In this document: in pieces, positions 52,762 through 64,000 of the stretch
Numbering within the stretch: the first letter of the stretch is position 1
Layout: every line of letters begins with the position of its first letter
Source of the DNA: Octopus vulgaris
Lineage: Eukaryota
NCBI GenBank assembly: GCA_951406725.2
Contig: OX597821.1
Span: forward strand, 14,508,001-14,572,000
Direction of reading: 5' to 3'
Length of the DNA: 64,000 nt
Notes under the pieces: model-generated
Databases searched by the model: none
Told to the model about the DNA's origin: nothing
What the model saw: the letters and a program-made list of their open reading frames with translations, nothing else
Made by a program: the position numbers and the translations under genes

Positions 52762-54813
52762 TTAATAAACAAAACTAAAGCACTTCCATAAATTTCAAGA
52801 AAGCTTAAAACCCCCAATTTGGGTTTTCTTGAGCGGTGCTGGGTGAGAAAGGTGAGAAGTGTGAAATGAGTGAGATGGGTGTTCTGAACTCAAGAAAGAT
52901 ATAGTTCAATAACATGACAATCACCAAAATACTGCAATATTGCAGTGGTGCATGCATGCAAAAAAAAAAATGTAATTATATAACATCCAGAAAATACTTG
53001 GTGCAGAACCAATTTCACCAACTTCCAGAATTGCACAATAAAGCACCCAACCTTATAAAAGAAACTAAGTGCCAATGCCATATATAATAAAAAAAAATAT
53101 AACTCAACAGTATGAAGCCAAACAAAGAAATAACAAAAAAAAAAAAAATAATAATAATAATATTGGCAAAGGTTTGTATCCAACAGGAGTTGTAAAATAA
53201 ATGGTAAAATATTATACATTGTAATTAACAGCATCTATAACTCTAACTGCAGCATTGCATTACATGTCACACTGACAATGTCAGGTAACAAAACCAGATT
53301 CCAGCAGTAAGTAATCTACATTACCAAATACTTTTTTTTCAAAATCGGTTACCCCCCCCCCCAAAAAAAAAAACAGAGCAAAAGCATATAAAGGTAAATG
53401 CACGATTTTGATCTGAACTATGATCTTGATCCTCTCTTTCCATTCGATATAAATACAAAAGTAATAAAACAACTCCAAAATATTAAAAAAAAAAGTGTTT
53501 AGGATTTGACAAAATTATAAATGTGCACCGGAAACAGCTAAGGCTAGAAAGAGTTATTGCAGTGGTTAATAACTTCAGTTATAGTTAATGAAGAAGACTC
53601 TACATGGTTGCTTGGTCAGTTAGAGATACTAGCTAAATCTCACTCAAATCACATTTTACTATCTTTTAAAAAAAAGGCAAGGACAAACTGGATAATGGAT
53701 TCCCAGGTGCATAATGTTAGACATGCACAAAAAATAAAATTATACAGATAGGATAGTCATGGCTAGAATTATTTGTCTTTAATTACAGGTCTTTGATTAC
53801 TGATACTTGAGACAAATCTTGTATTAAACTACAGATTCTTGAAAATGGCAATAAATACAATTTTAAAACTTAATATCAAGCAACCTACGTAAAACAATGC
53901 ACTCTTTATATGTACAATAAGACATCCTAAAAACATTTACTCTTTAACGTCAGAAACCCATAGGTTGCTTTTTCCATCTTATATGAATTCAGATCTCCGC
54001 TCTCAATGACAACATTATCTACAAACTTTACATAGAAAAGAGAATATCATTTTAACTCCGATGATATTAGCAAACATTTTGATGTATTTCATACATAAAA
54101 AAATATTAGAAACCTTAAGAAACTATCTTATAGGTCACCAAATATACATAGAGTACAAATTTAGGATCTGTGACTTCCCAGACTATGTATCAAAAATATC
54201 AGTCCTCACACCCACTCTTTTTAACAACATTCTTATGCCCTAATAGTGCATGCACGCAATCTCATTTATCATCTCATATAACATCACAGTTAGGGGTACC
54301 TGACATTACTTGGAGTCACAGTAACTCTGATTTTAAATCAACCATCTAAAATCCTGACACCAAACAAACTTTTAAACTAATAGATCTTTATAGCAGCATC
54401 AAAGGATATTTAAAAGCACTACACTTGCTGATACAGACTTAGCAGATACACAGAATTAATTTCAGTATAATATCTATTACCATACACAAACCAGACAAAA
54501 AAAACATTACAAACAAATATTTCTCTCTAATTTTAGTACAAGGCCAGCAGTTTTGAGGAGTGGGAAGAAGTAAAATACATCAGCCCCAGTGCTTGACTAA
54601 TATTTCGATTGCTGACCCAGAAAGGATGAAAGACAAAGTCAACCTCGGCAGGATTTGAACTCAGAATGTAATAAGTTAGAAGAAATATAACAAAGCATAT
54701 TTTTTGAGGTTTTAAAAATTTTATGCCAGCTCACCTCCCTACAACAATGAAATAATAACAGAATAACAACAGTAGTGTACAAATGATGAAGCCATCTTCA
54801 ATAAAACCAGTCA

Positions 54814-55217
54814 AGGAGTGGCTGTGTGGTAAGTAGCTTGTTTACCAACCACATGGTTCCCGGTTCAGTCCCACTGTGTGGCACCTTGGGAAAGTGTTTT
54901 CTACTATAGCCTCGGCCTGACCAAAGCCTTGTGAGTGGATTTGGTAGACGGAAACTGAAAGAAGCCCGTCGTATATATGTATATATATATATATATATAT
55001 ATGCGTGTGTGTGTGTGTTTGTCCCCCTAGCATTGCTTGACAACCGATGCTGGTGTGTTTATGTCCCCGTTACTTAGCGGTTTGGCAAAAGAGACCGATA
55101 GAATAAGTACCGGGCTTACAAAAAAGAATAAGTTCCGGGGTTGAGTTGCACGATTAAAGGCGGTGCTCCAGCATGGCCGCAGTCAAATGACTGAAACAAG
55201 TAAAAGAGAGTAAGAGT
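54814..55217 (+). mobile_element. SINE family A
   Basis: Full-length copy. Confidence 0.92.
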
Positions 55218-55543
55218 AGAAAAAAAAAAGCAGGGGACTAATCAGAGCTGGAACAAGAAGATTATAGGTCTTCTTAGAGTAGCAGAACTAGGACTAAACA
55301 TCTACTCATGCAACATAGTGAAACTCCCTAAATCTGGAAAGCGAGTAGCAAATGTAAATCTAAAGCTTAACCAAAAGGAACATCTCATAAATCCATCACA
55401 TTTTTATATACACACTCATAATTCCTATAAACTCTCCACCAAATTCACCACAGCAAAAACATACAGTAGCATACTTTGTGTAGCTAAGGCTTCATAGACC
55501 TCTGACACAGACCTCATTCACGGCATAATCAAAATAGTCAGAA

Positions 55544-55975
55544 TGGAGTGGCTGTGTGGTAAGTAGCTTGCTAACCAACCACATGGTTCCGGGTTCAGTC
55601 CCACTGTGTGGCACCTTGGGCAAGTGTCTTCTGCTATAGCCCTGGGCCAACCAATGCCTTGTAAGTGGATTTGGTAGACGGAAACTGAAAGAAGCCTGTC
55701 GTATATATGTATATATATGTATGTGCTGTATGTTTGTGTGTCTGTGTTTGTCCCCCTAGCATTGCTTTTCCCCCTAGCATTGCTTGTCCCCCTAGCATTG
55801 CTTGACAACCGATGCTGGTGTGTTTACGTCCCCGTCACTTAGCGGTTCGGCAAAAGAGACCGATAGAATAAGTACTGGGCTTACAAAGAATAAGTCCCGG
55901 GGTCGATTTGCTTGACTAAAAGGCGGTGCTCCAGCATGGCCACAGTCAAATGACTGAAACATGTAAAAGAGTAAA
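55544..55975 (+). mobile_element. SINE family A with internal 18-bp triplication (ccccctagcattgcttgt)
   Basis: Direct read at 55750-55805. Confidence 0.9.
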
Positions 55976-56910
55976 ATGAGATTAACCATGTAGGAAGGTC
56001 AGTTTCTTGGTTCAGCAATTTAAAATCTGCATTCGATGATAAGATAGATCACTCTTAAACATAAAAGGGTGGAATAGAAAACTCATTAGAGAATTGGATA
56101 ATATGCTCTCTAATATTTGCTCATATTGTCTGTCATCTGAGTTCAACTTCCAGTAAGGTCAACTTTACCTTTCATCTTTTGAGATTGACAAAAAAGTAGC
56201 AATTCATGTTGGTAGATTGCAAGAACTGTAAGAATATCAGATTGGATGCATTTGTCCCAGCTCTTAGTGTTCTGAGTTCAAATACTACCATAACCTACTT
56301 GATAGACATAATATATCATCCAACTAAATGCTACCATCTGGCACTTTAAGCAAGTGTCGTGTAATATATTCCTGACTTGTGATGAATTTAGCAGATAGAA
56401 ACTTTTCAGACACTTCGTGTGTGTGTATGTGTGTATAAGAGAGTTATAGTTCGCTTGAAGCATTGTAATATCAAAGAAGGGAAAGAAAGGAGAGAAAATA
56501 GAAAGCATCTGACAATGTGGTAAGTTTTACAAAACGTTTATATTTCAGGCACAAAAGCCCATCTTCAGAAGAAAAACATTCTGGTGGGAAATGTCCAGTT
56601 ATGCAAATTTCATTAACCCATTCAAATCCCCTGCTTCTAATAATAACAATCACTGATTACCTCCCCTAAAATTTATTTCCCTCTTGATTCATTTGCAAAA
56701 TAGCCTTCCTTCTACTAACATAGAATGAAGATTTCATATGATAGCATGAAATCATAAGATTATCACAAACTTCTAAGCACAAGTGAAACCGGTTGACCAT
56801 GTAAATAGTTGATTTCATAAATATATATACATATTTTCTGCAACGTAAAATTTGTGTATTTTTCACTAGAGTTTATGACATGAAGAAAAAGAATCGATGA
56901 ACCTATTCAT

Positions 56911-56988
<78 letters not shown>

Positions 56989-57486
56989 TGTGTGTGTGTG
57001 TGTGTATTTATATAAATACATGCATACATATATATATATATATATATATATGAAAGTAACAAGGGTCAAAGGTCCTTCCAAAGCCTTAGGCTCATATGGC
57101 TGATTTCCCAAATTCTATGTGTACCAATTCTTCACCCACTGGAAAGGATGCTCATTCATTGAAGGATTACGCAGTTGTGCCTGCTGAGTGGACTGAAGCA
57201 ATGTTAAATAAAGTGTTTTGCTTAAGATCACAATGCATTGCTCAGTCCAGGAATCAAAACCACAATCATGAATACAGTGCCCCAAACACTAAGCCATGTG
57301 CCTCCACACACACAGACACACACACATGCAAAAGGTTTAGCAAAAGAGACCAATAGAATAGGAATCAAACTTAAGAAAATAAATACTGGGTTTGACTTGT
57401 TCAAATATAACCCTTCGAGATGGTGCCCCAGTATGGCAACAGTCAGTGACTGAAACAAGCAAAAGATAAAACATAATACATTCTTA

Positions 57487-58207
57487 TTTCTTATTTAGAC
57501 CCACAAGGGGCTAAACATAGAGGGGACAATCAAGGACAGACAATGGAGTTAAGTTGATTACATCGACCCCAGTGCATAACTGGTATTCATTTATCGGCGA
57601 GCTGGCAGAAACATTAGCACGCCAGGCGAATGCTTAGCGGTATTTCGTCTGCCATTACGTTGTGAGTTCGAATTCCGTTGAGGTCGACTTTGCCTTTCAT
57701 CCTTTCGGGGTCGATAAATTAAGTACCAGTTACGCACTGGGGTCGATGTAATCGACTTTATACCCATGTCTGTCCTTGTTTGCCCCCTCTGTGTTTAGCC
57801 CCTTGTGAGTAATAAAGAAATAGGTATTAATTTATCGACCCTGAAAGGACGAAAGGCAAAGTTGACCTCAATGGAATTTGAACTCAGAACGTAGCGACAG
57901 ACGAAATACCTATTTCTTTACTACCCACAAGAGGCTAAACACAGAGAGGACAAACAAGGACACACAAAAATACCTGTTTCTTTACTACCCACAAGGGGCA
58001 AAGCACAGAGAGCACAAACAAGCACACACAAACGGATTAAGTCGATTATATTGACCCCAGTGCTTATTTGGTACTTAATTCATCGACCCCGAAAGGATGA
58101 AAGGCAAAGTTGACCTCGGCGGAATTTGAACTCAGAATGTAGCGACAGACGAAATACCGCTAAGCATTTCACCCGGTGTGCTAACAATTCTGCCAATTTG
58201 CCACCTT
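57487..58207. mobile_element. Nest of SINE B copies (plus-strand copy 57596-57822 inside a minus-strand copy, plus a further minus copy)
   Basis: Inner copy flanked by a ~15-bp repeat ggtatt(c/a)atttatcg. Confidence 0.8.
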
Positions 58208-58745
58208 CAAAAGATAACACATTCTTACAGCATCCCAAAACACCATCAACCCTAGTCACTTCAGACAACACAAAGAACATGTATACAAAAAGTAGCTGCA
58301 GCAGCAATAACCTCTATAACTCAAGCACTATGGTGGCATGCCCACAAGTGATATATGCTTAAAGAAGAATCATTGATGTCTTTTGACTGGATCCTTCTTT
58401 CCTATCTTTATAAAGAACATTGCTGTCACCAGAACCTATAGGAATACAACAGATTGGTTTGTGGAGGAAACAACTTGTTGATTGTCACACTGCATCCTAG
58501 ACAATAAACTATTGCATGCAAGATAGTACAGTGCTTTTCAACTTGGAGAATACCTTCTTTGTCTGGAGCAAAAGATTTGGGGATCCTATCCAGTTGCTGC
58601 TAAACCAAATACCCATGTGCTACTGTCTTGCTGGATTATGGCTGGCTGGGGCTATACAATAACATGTATGTACGCATGTGTAAGTGTGTGCATGTGTGCA
58701 TGTAAGTATATATGCATTCATGTATTTATTTAAAATCTCTCTCTT

Positions 58746-58778
<33 letters not shown>

Positions 58779-59009
58779 ATGGTGGTTGTCTACTCCTTAA
58801 ACAGAATTTGACCGTCTAATGCATTTACACCTAAGATCCATCTGATGAGGTTTTTTAAACCAGACAACGTATTGAAAAGACACCCTCATAGATTGCATTT
58901 CTGATTTGGTCCATCAAGAGTTGGAGTTAGGCTTGCAAACCTTATATTTGAAAAATGAATGTGTATGTTTCTATGTATGTACTTGTATATGTATGTGTGT
59001 GTGTGTATG

Positions 59010-59047
<38 letters not shown>

Positions 59048-59280
59048 TAGATACTTAGCTGCATGTACATATGCGCCATACTAATACGATTGTTTGTTTG
59101 TATTCCACCTGCCTTCGTCTTTTGTTTATTTTCATAAAGCTTCCCTATATATATATATATATATATACTGGAGTAAACACATAAATGTGAAACAAGGTGG
59201 AAAAAGAGTACTCAAATACCAGTGGTAGTGTAATATGCTTTATTTAAAGCAGCAGAAAATTCAACAAAACCTGTTACTCT

Positions 59281-60472
59281 GAGGGTGCGATGGGTAAATT
59301 GTCGCCGTTTTATATCTTTAATTTCACGCTTGTACATTGTTTGTTTATGATTTTGTTGACTAAACAGCATAATAGAGTTAGTTGGGCACCATCTGTGAGA
59401 AAAACACCATGATGCAATTCTCTCTGCCAGAAATTTGGAAATGACATGCTGTACTGCTTGGCATAGTGTCAATCTGAGGACATGTATCAAGAGTGATAAA
59501 AATCAAACATCCAGTCAACATCATGGATTTTGGAATGATCACTAGTGATGGCAACATCATGCCTGCAGTCATCTTCCCACATGGCCTTAGACTCAACACG
59601 GTGACCTACATCAAGTGCCTGGAGGAGGTAGTGCTGCCCTGGGTGAAGAGAGTAGCTGCTGGAAGACCCTATGTCTGGCAACAAGACTCTGCCCCATGCC
59701 ACACAAACAGGAGAACCCAGCCATGGCTGTCAGACAATTTCTGTGATCATATCACCTCTAACACCTGGCCAACTAACTCCCCAGACTGCAACATCATCAT
59801 CATCGTTTAGCGTCCGCTTTCCATGCTAGCATGGGTTGGACGGTTCAACTGGGGTCTGGGAAGCCAGAAGGCTGCACCAGGCCCAGTTTGATCTGGCAAT
59901 GTTTCTATGGCTGGATGCCCTTCCTAACGCCAACCACTCCGTGAGTGTAGTGGGTGCTTTTTACATGCCACCGGCACAGGTGCCAGACGAGTCTGGCAAA
60001 CAGCCACGATCGGATGGTGCTTTTTATGTGCCACCGGCATGGGGGCCAGGCGAGGCTGGCAAACGGCCACGATCGGATGGTGCTTTTTATGTGCCACCGG
60101 CATGGGGGCCAGGCGAGGCTGGCAAACGGCCACGATCGGATGGTGCTTTTTACGTGCCACCGGCACGAGGCCAGTTGGTTATTATGTGTGGAGTGTAGTT
60201 GAGCGAGAGACCAACAAAACTCTTTGTAACACCAAAGATGAACTGAAGGCAAGGATTACTTAAACAAGAAAACTGTCCAGAAGAGTTGCAGGAGATTCTG
60301 AAGTTTTGTGGAGCCTGTGGTTGCAGCCAATGGTGATTTTATTGAATGAATTTACTTTTTAGTATTTCAAGATATTTTTGTGTAATTTTGGTAAATGTAT
60401 ATGTTAAAATGATATGTCAGTGTTATTTTAATTTTTGCATAATTTAGATGACAATTTATTCCCAGCACCCTG
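59281..60472 (+). mobile_element. Internally deleted Tc1/mariner-superfamily element, maT (DD37D)-like
   Basis: Imperfect TIRs gagggtgcgatgggtaaattgtc / gacaatttattcccagcaccctg. Protein fragment YVWQQDSAPCH...WPTNSPDCN|..YYVWSVVERETNK; spacing from the QD aspartate to the (disrupted) PxDY position is about 37 aa. Confidence 0.8.
59792..60172 (-). mobile_element. Retroposon family D inserted in the maT transposase; ~3.5 x 63-bp tandem units
   Basis: (GAT)n tail; the unit translates as repeated GAFYVPPAWGPGEAGKRPRSD (21 codons). Confidence 0.8.
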
Positions 60473-61043
60473 TGTATAACACCCACATTTAGACACACAC
60501 ACACATACGTACGTGTGTATCTATACCTTATGAATTACTTTATTAATTACCATTTGGCATCCATTTTGTCTATGCATATATTGGATAGCTTTTTATTTTA
60601 TTTTATTTTACTTATGATTTATTTTAATTTTAAGAGCAATTGGTTTTCTCATTTAGATGTTCTTACTTGCACAGATTTGGCATAGAACTTATTTTGTGTC
60701 AGTTAAGCAAGCTGAGTTACGTTTTACATCTTAATCATTTAATCAGGTGGGAAGACTGTACTCAGGAATCATTCCACAGCTTCCAAGACTGGTAGAATGG
60801 TAGGAGAGCCAGGTAAAGCTATCTTCAAATTGGAAAACTGGGCTACATGCTCACAAGAGAATCTACTAAATGCATTTAAGATCCAGGTGGTGGGATTAAA
60901 GATTAAACTGTGTGACAGACTGAGCCCACCAACAAAGTAATCTATGTTGAGATTTGACTCGAGAATACAAAAGGCTGGAACAAATACTATCCCATGTTTG
61001 GATCTTAATGGTTGCTATCACAGATTTCATATTTTTCAGTTAT

Positions 61044-61440
61044 ACTCTTTACTCTTTACTCTTTTACTTGTTTCAGTCATTTGACTGTGGCCATCCTGGA
61101 GCACCGCCTTTAGTCGAGCAAATCGACCCTGGGACTTATTCTTTGTAAGCCCAGTACTTATCCTATCGTTCTCTTTTGCCGAACCGCTAAGTGACGGGGA
61201 CGTAAACACACCAGCATTGGTTGTCAAGCAATGCTAGGGGGACAAACACAGACACACAAACACACACACACATACATATATATATACATATATACGACGG
61301 GCTTCTTTCAGTTTCCGTCTACCAAATCCAATCACAAGGCATTGGTCGGCCCGAGGCTATAGCAGAAGACACTTGCCCAAGATGCCATGCAGTGGGACTG
61401 AACCCGGAACCATGTGGTTGGTAAACAAGCTACTTACCAC
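61044..61440 (-). mobile_element. SINE family A
   Basis: Near full-length copy. Confidence 0.92.
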
Positions 61441-61987
61441 CCAATTATTTTCAAATTTGGAAAAATGATTTAGTAATGAGTTTTGTAAGCTAATTATTAA
61501 AATGAAATTCATTTTTACCATAAATTAATAAATAAAAATTTAATAGCTTTTAATGTTTTCAAACTTTGGGTAATTTTAGCCAATCAAAAGCTATTCTTAT
61601 ACACATAAACATAAATTTCACATTGGAATCTGTTTTGCAAAGTAAGACTTTCTCCACTATAACCACACTACAAAATTTGATGGGTGATATCATTTTGTGC
61701 CAGTTTTTTTTCTTTTTTTTTTTGTCTGTCATTTTGTGAGACAGATGTCATGCAGAAAATGCTGACTTCTGATTCTTGTTTTCTTATTAAACTACAAATT
61801 ATCAAACTTTGAACCTCTGTAATATTTTCCTAATTTTTCTGAGAATAAATAAATCCCAAATTTAGATTCAGCATGTAAAATTACATCAATATACTAAAAT
61901 TTTATAAAATTTTCAGTTAAATTTCCAAACTTGTGACAGCTGCTGAAAAGATCCCAATGTTCTGATGTTTCTGTCAGTTCACTGCCC

Positions 61988-62021
61988 TATATATGTGTGT
62001 GTGTATGTGTCTATATATATG

Positions 62022-62053
<32 letters not shown>

Positions 62054-62152
62054 ATGTGTATGTGTGTACATACATGAATACATACATATTCACATACATA
62101 CATATATATACATACATATTCACACACACATCTACATACATACATACATATG

Positions 62153-62201
<49 letters not shown>

Positions 62202-62240
62202 TGAGAGATATACATGCACACACACACACATATATATATA
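61988..62240. repeat. Compound (TA)/(TG)/(CA) microsatellite
   Basis: Direct read. Confidence 0.92.
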
Positions 62241-63608
62241 AATTAGCAAACATTATACATTCACTAATTGTAAAAGATATCTATGTAGTTGGCGACTAGA
62301 TGAGAGGGCCGAGAACATCCTCTTAACCCTCCCATCCACGAATCTGTGTAACATCCAGATGACAACCAGAGGGAAAAGGGCTGTACTAGCAATTGGCTGG
62401 TCTTCCTTTTCAGCTGCAGATTGGAGCAATGTGCAATGAAGGACCTTGCTCAAGGACACGATATGCCATCCAGTCCAGAAAGGAAAACCATGACCTCATG
62501 ACTATAACACATTAACCACTTGGCCACACATGCATGTACAGAACACACTTATGTTATTATTATTACTTATATATTATATGAAAATGTAGATGAGTACACA
62601 CATTAACTAATGTCATTTAGTTTCCATTGAAGTTTTTCTTTTATATTGTAAAGCTATTGACACAGTTTACATCCGGTTTCTGTACCTTGGTAATATTTCA
62701 GTTACTGTAAGCAATTATAAAACATTATCAGCAGCCATAGAACTCCCATGTTAATGCATTTTTGCTGGCATGAATTTGAATGAAAATTACATTTCCTTCA
62801 ATATTTCATAAATCATACATTGTCTGTTCCATAAAACAGAAATGTCAGTGAAAAAATCCTTTAATGACTTGGGATTGACTCTAAAATATCAAAGAAAACT
62901 TTATCAAAGTAAATCTAAATTATTCTGTATAGTTTACAAATGTTATTCTACATGTAGAAACAAAAGATATGCCATTAGTAAAGGGGAAAAATAATGATTT
63001 CAAGTTCTTTGGCCAACACACAATCAGCTGCATTATTGTTTTGGTCATCATGTTTCTAAGGATATTCATCAGAAATATAATGAAAATCAAGCTAAGGATG
63101 AGCTGAATTTTTAGATTACTCAACAAACAGCCAAAGGATGGTTACATTGTTATCCTGTCACCAGTGCTGCATTAACACATGCATCAGCTGAGTATTAGGC
63201 ATCACATGATGCATTAGATCATTGCCAGTAGTAACAGCAGCATAGTGAAGTTGATAGGAATTTCTCTGGTGTACAGTACAAAAGTCAACACCTCTTGTTT
63301 TTAAGGTCAGAAGAGGTGTAAGTTACATCTAAATCTTGTCTATTTACCAAAACTGACTGTGATAGTCATCTTCGTCTCTGACCCTCAAATATAAAATTAG
63401 AATTTTTAATTTTATTCCTAGTGTTAATAGAATACTTTTTGTAATGATTAGTGTTTAGTTAGAGATTGTATCTGAAATATATCTTCAAGCTAAGTATGTT
63501 CTGATTCAACATCATAAGTTTCTTCAACAGAAGCATATTAAAAGGAAATATATATAGCTTTAATTCAAGTAATGCCTTCACTTGATTGTTCTTAATTTTC
63601 TTCTCCTC

Positions 63609-63728
63609 CACATGATTCTGGGTTCAGTCCCACTGTGTGGCACCTTGGGAAAATATCTTCTACTATAGCTTTGGGCTGACAAATCCTTGTGAGTGGATTT
63701 ACTAGATGGAAACCAAAAGAAGACCATC

Positions 63729-63779
<51 letters not shown>

Positions 63780-63980
63780 TCCCCCACCACAGCTTGACAA
63801 CTGATGTTTGTGTGTTTACATCCTCATAACGTAGCAGTTTGGCAACTGAGACCAATAGAATGAGTATCAAGCTTTAGAGTAAAAAAGGTATGTAGTATGC
63901 ATTTGGCTCAAAATTCTTCAAGGTGGTGCCCCAGCATGGCCTTAGTCTAATGACTGAAGCAGGTAAAAGATAAAAGATAA
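63609..63980 (+). mobile_element. Older SINE A-related copy
   Basis: Diverged head and (AAAGAT)n tail. Confidence 0.8.
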
Positions 63981-64000
63981 CTGGGATGTGACTTGACTTT

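Noticed and set aside
56471-56653. Minus-strand ORF RGFEWVNEICITGHFPPECFSSEDGLLCLK as an exon
   Set aside because: No recognisable domain and weak splice signals.
58836-58875. ctgatga-ggttt-ttt-aaacc-agac-aac-gta as a hammerhead
   Set aside because: Has a stem II but AGAC instead of GAAA and no convincing stem I; at best a decayed relic.

Overview
AT-rich, repeat-dense eukaryotic DNA, most likely from an octopus (coleoid cephalopod); this is inferred from the SINE and microsatellite landscape, not proven. The only clearly recognisable gene is the 5' coding exon of a Kv2/Shab voltage-gated K+ channel on the minus strand (about 973 to <1), with a long His/Gly-rich N-terminus followed by the T1 domain. 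The ORF track omits it because it runs off the window edge. The other ~63 kb is intron or intergenic DNA. It holds about 20 copies of one tRNA-derived SINE, at least four other SINE-like families, RTE and CR1 LINE ends, mariner, maT and Chapaev-like transposase relics, piggyBac-type MITEs, Helitrons and long (TA)n/(CA)n tracts. Nearly all listed ORFs are repeat artefacts. The most interesting signal is a ~480-bp element present twice (2451-2930 and 38765-39250). It is a head-to-head palindrome in which each arm is a tRNA-like Pol III head followed by a minimal type I hammerhead ribozyme motif, and the first copy is flanked as one unit by a 13-bp target-site duplication. It is a candidate Penelope-dependent, ribozyme-bearing hairpin SINE or retrozyme. 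Two more hammerhead-like Penelope-type remnants also occur (about 39370 and 43576-43671). Repeat boundaries were placed by eye and are approximate.
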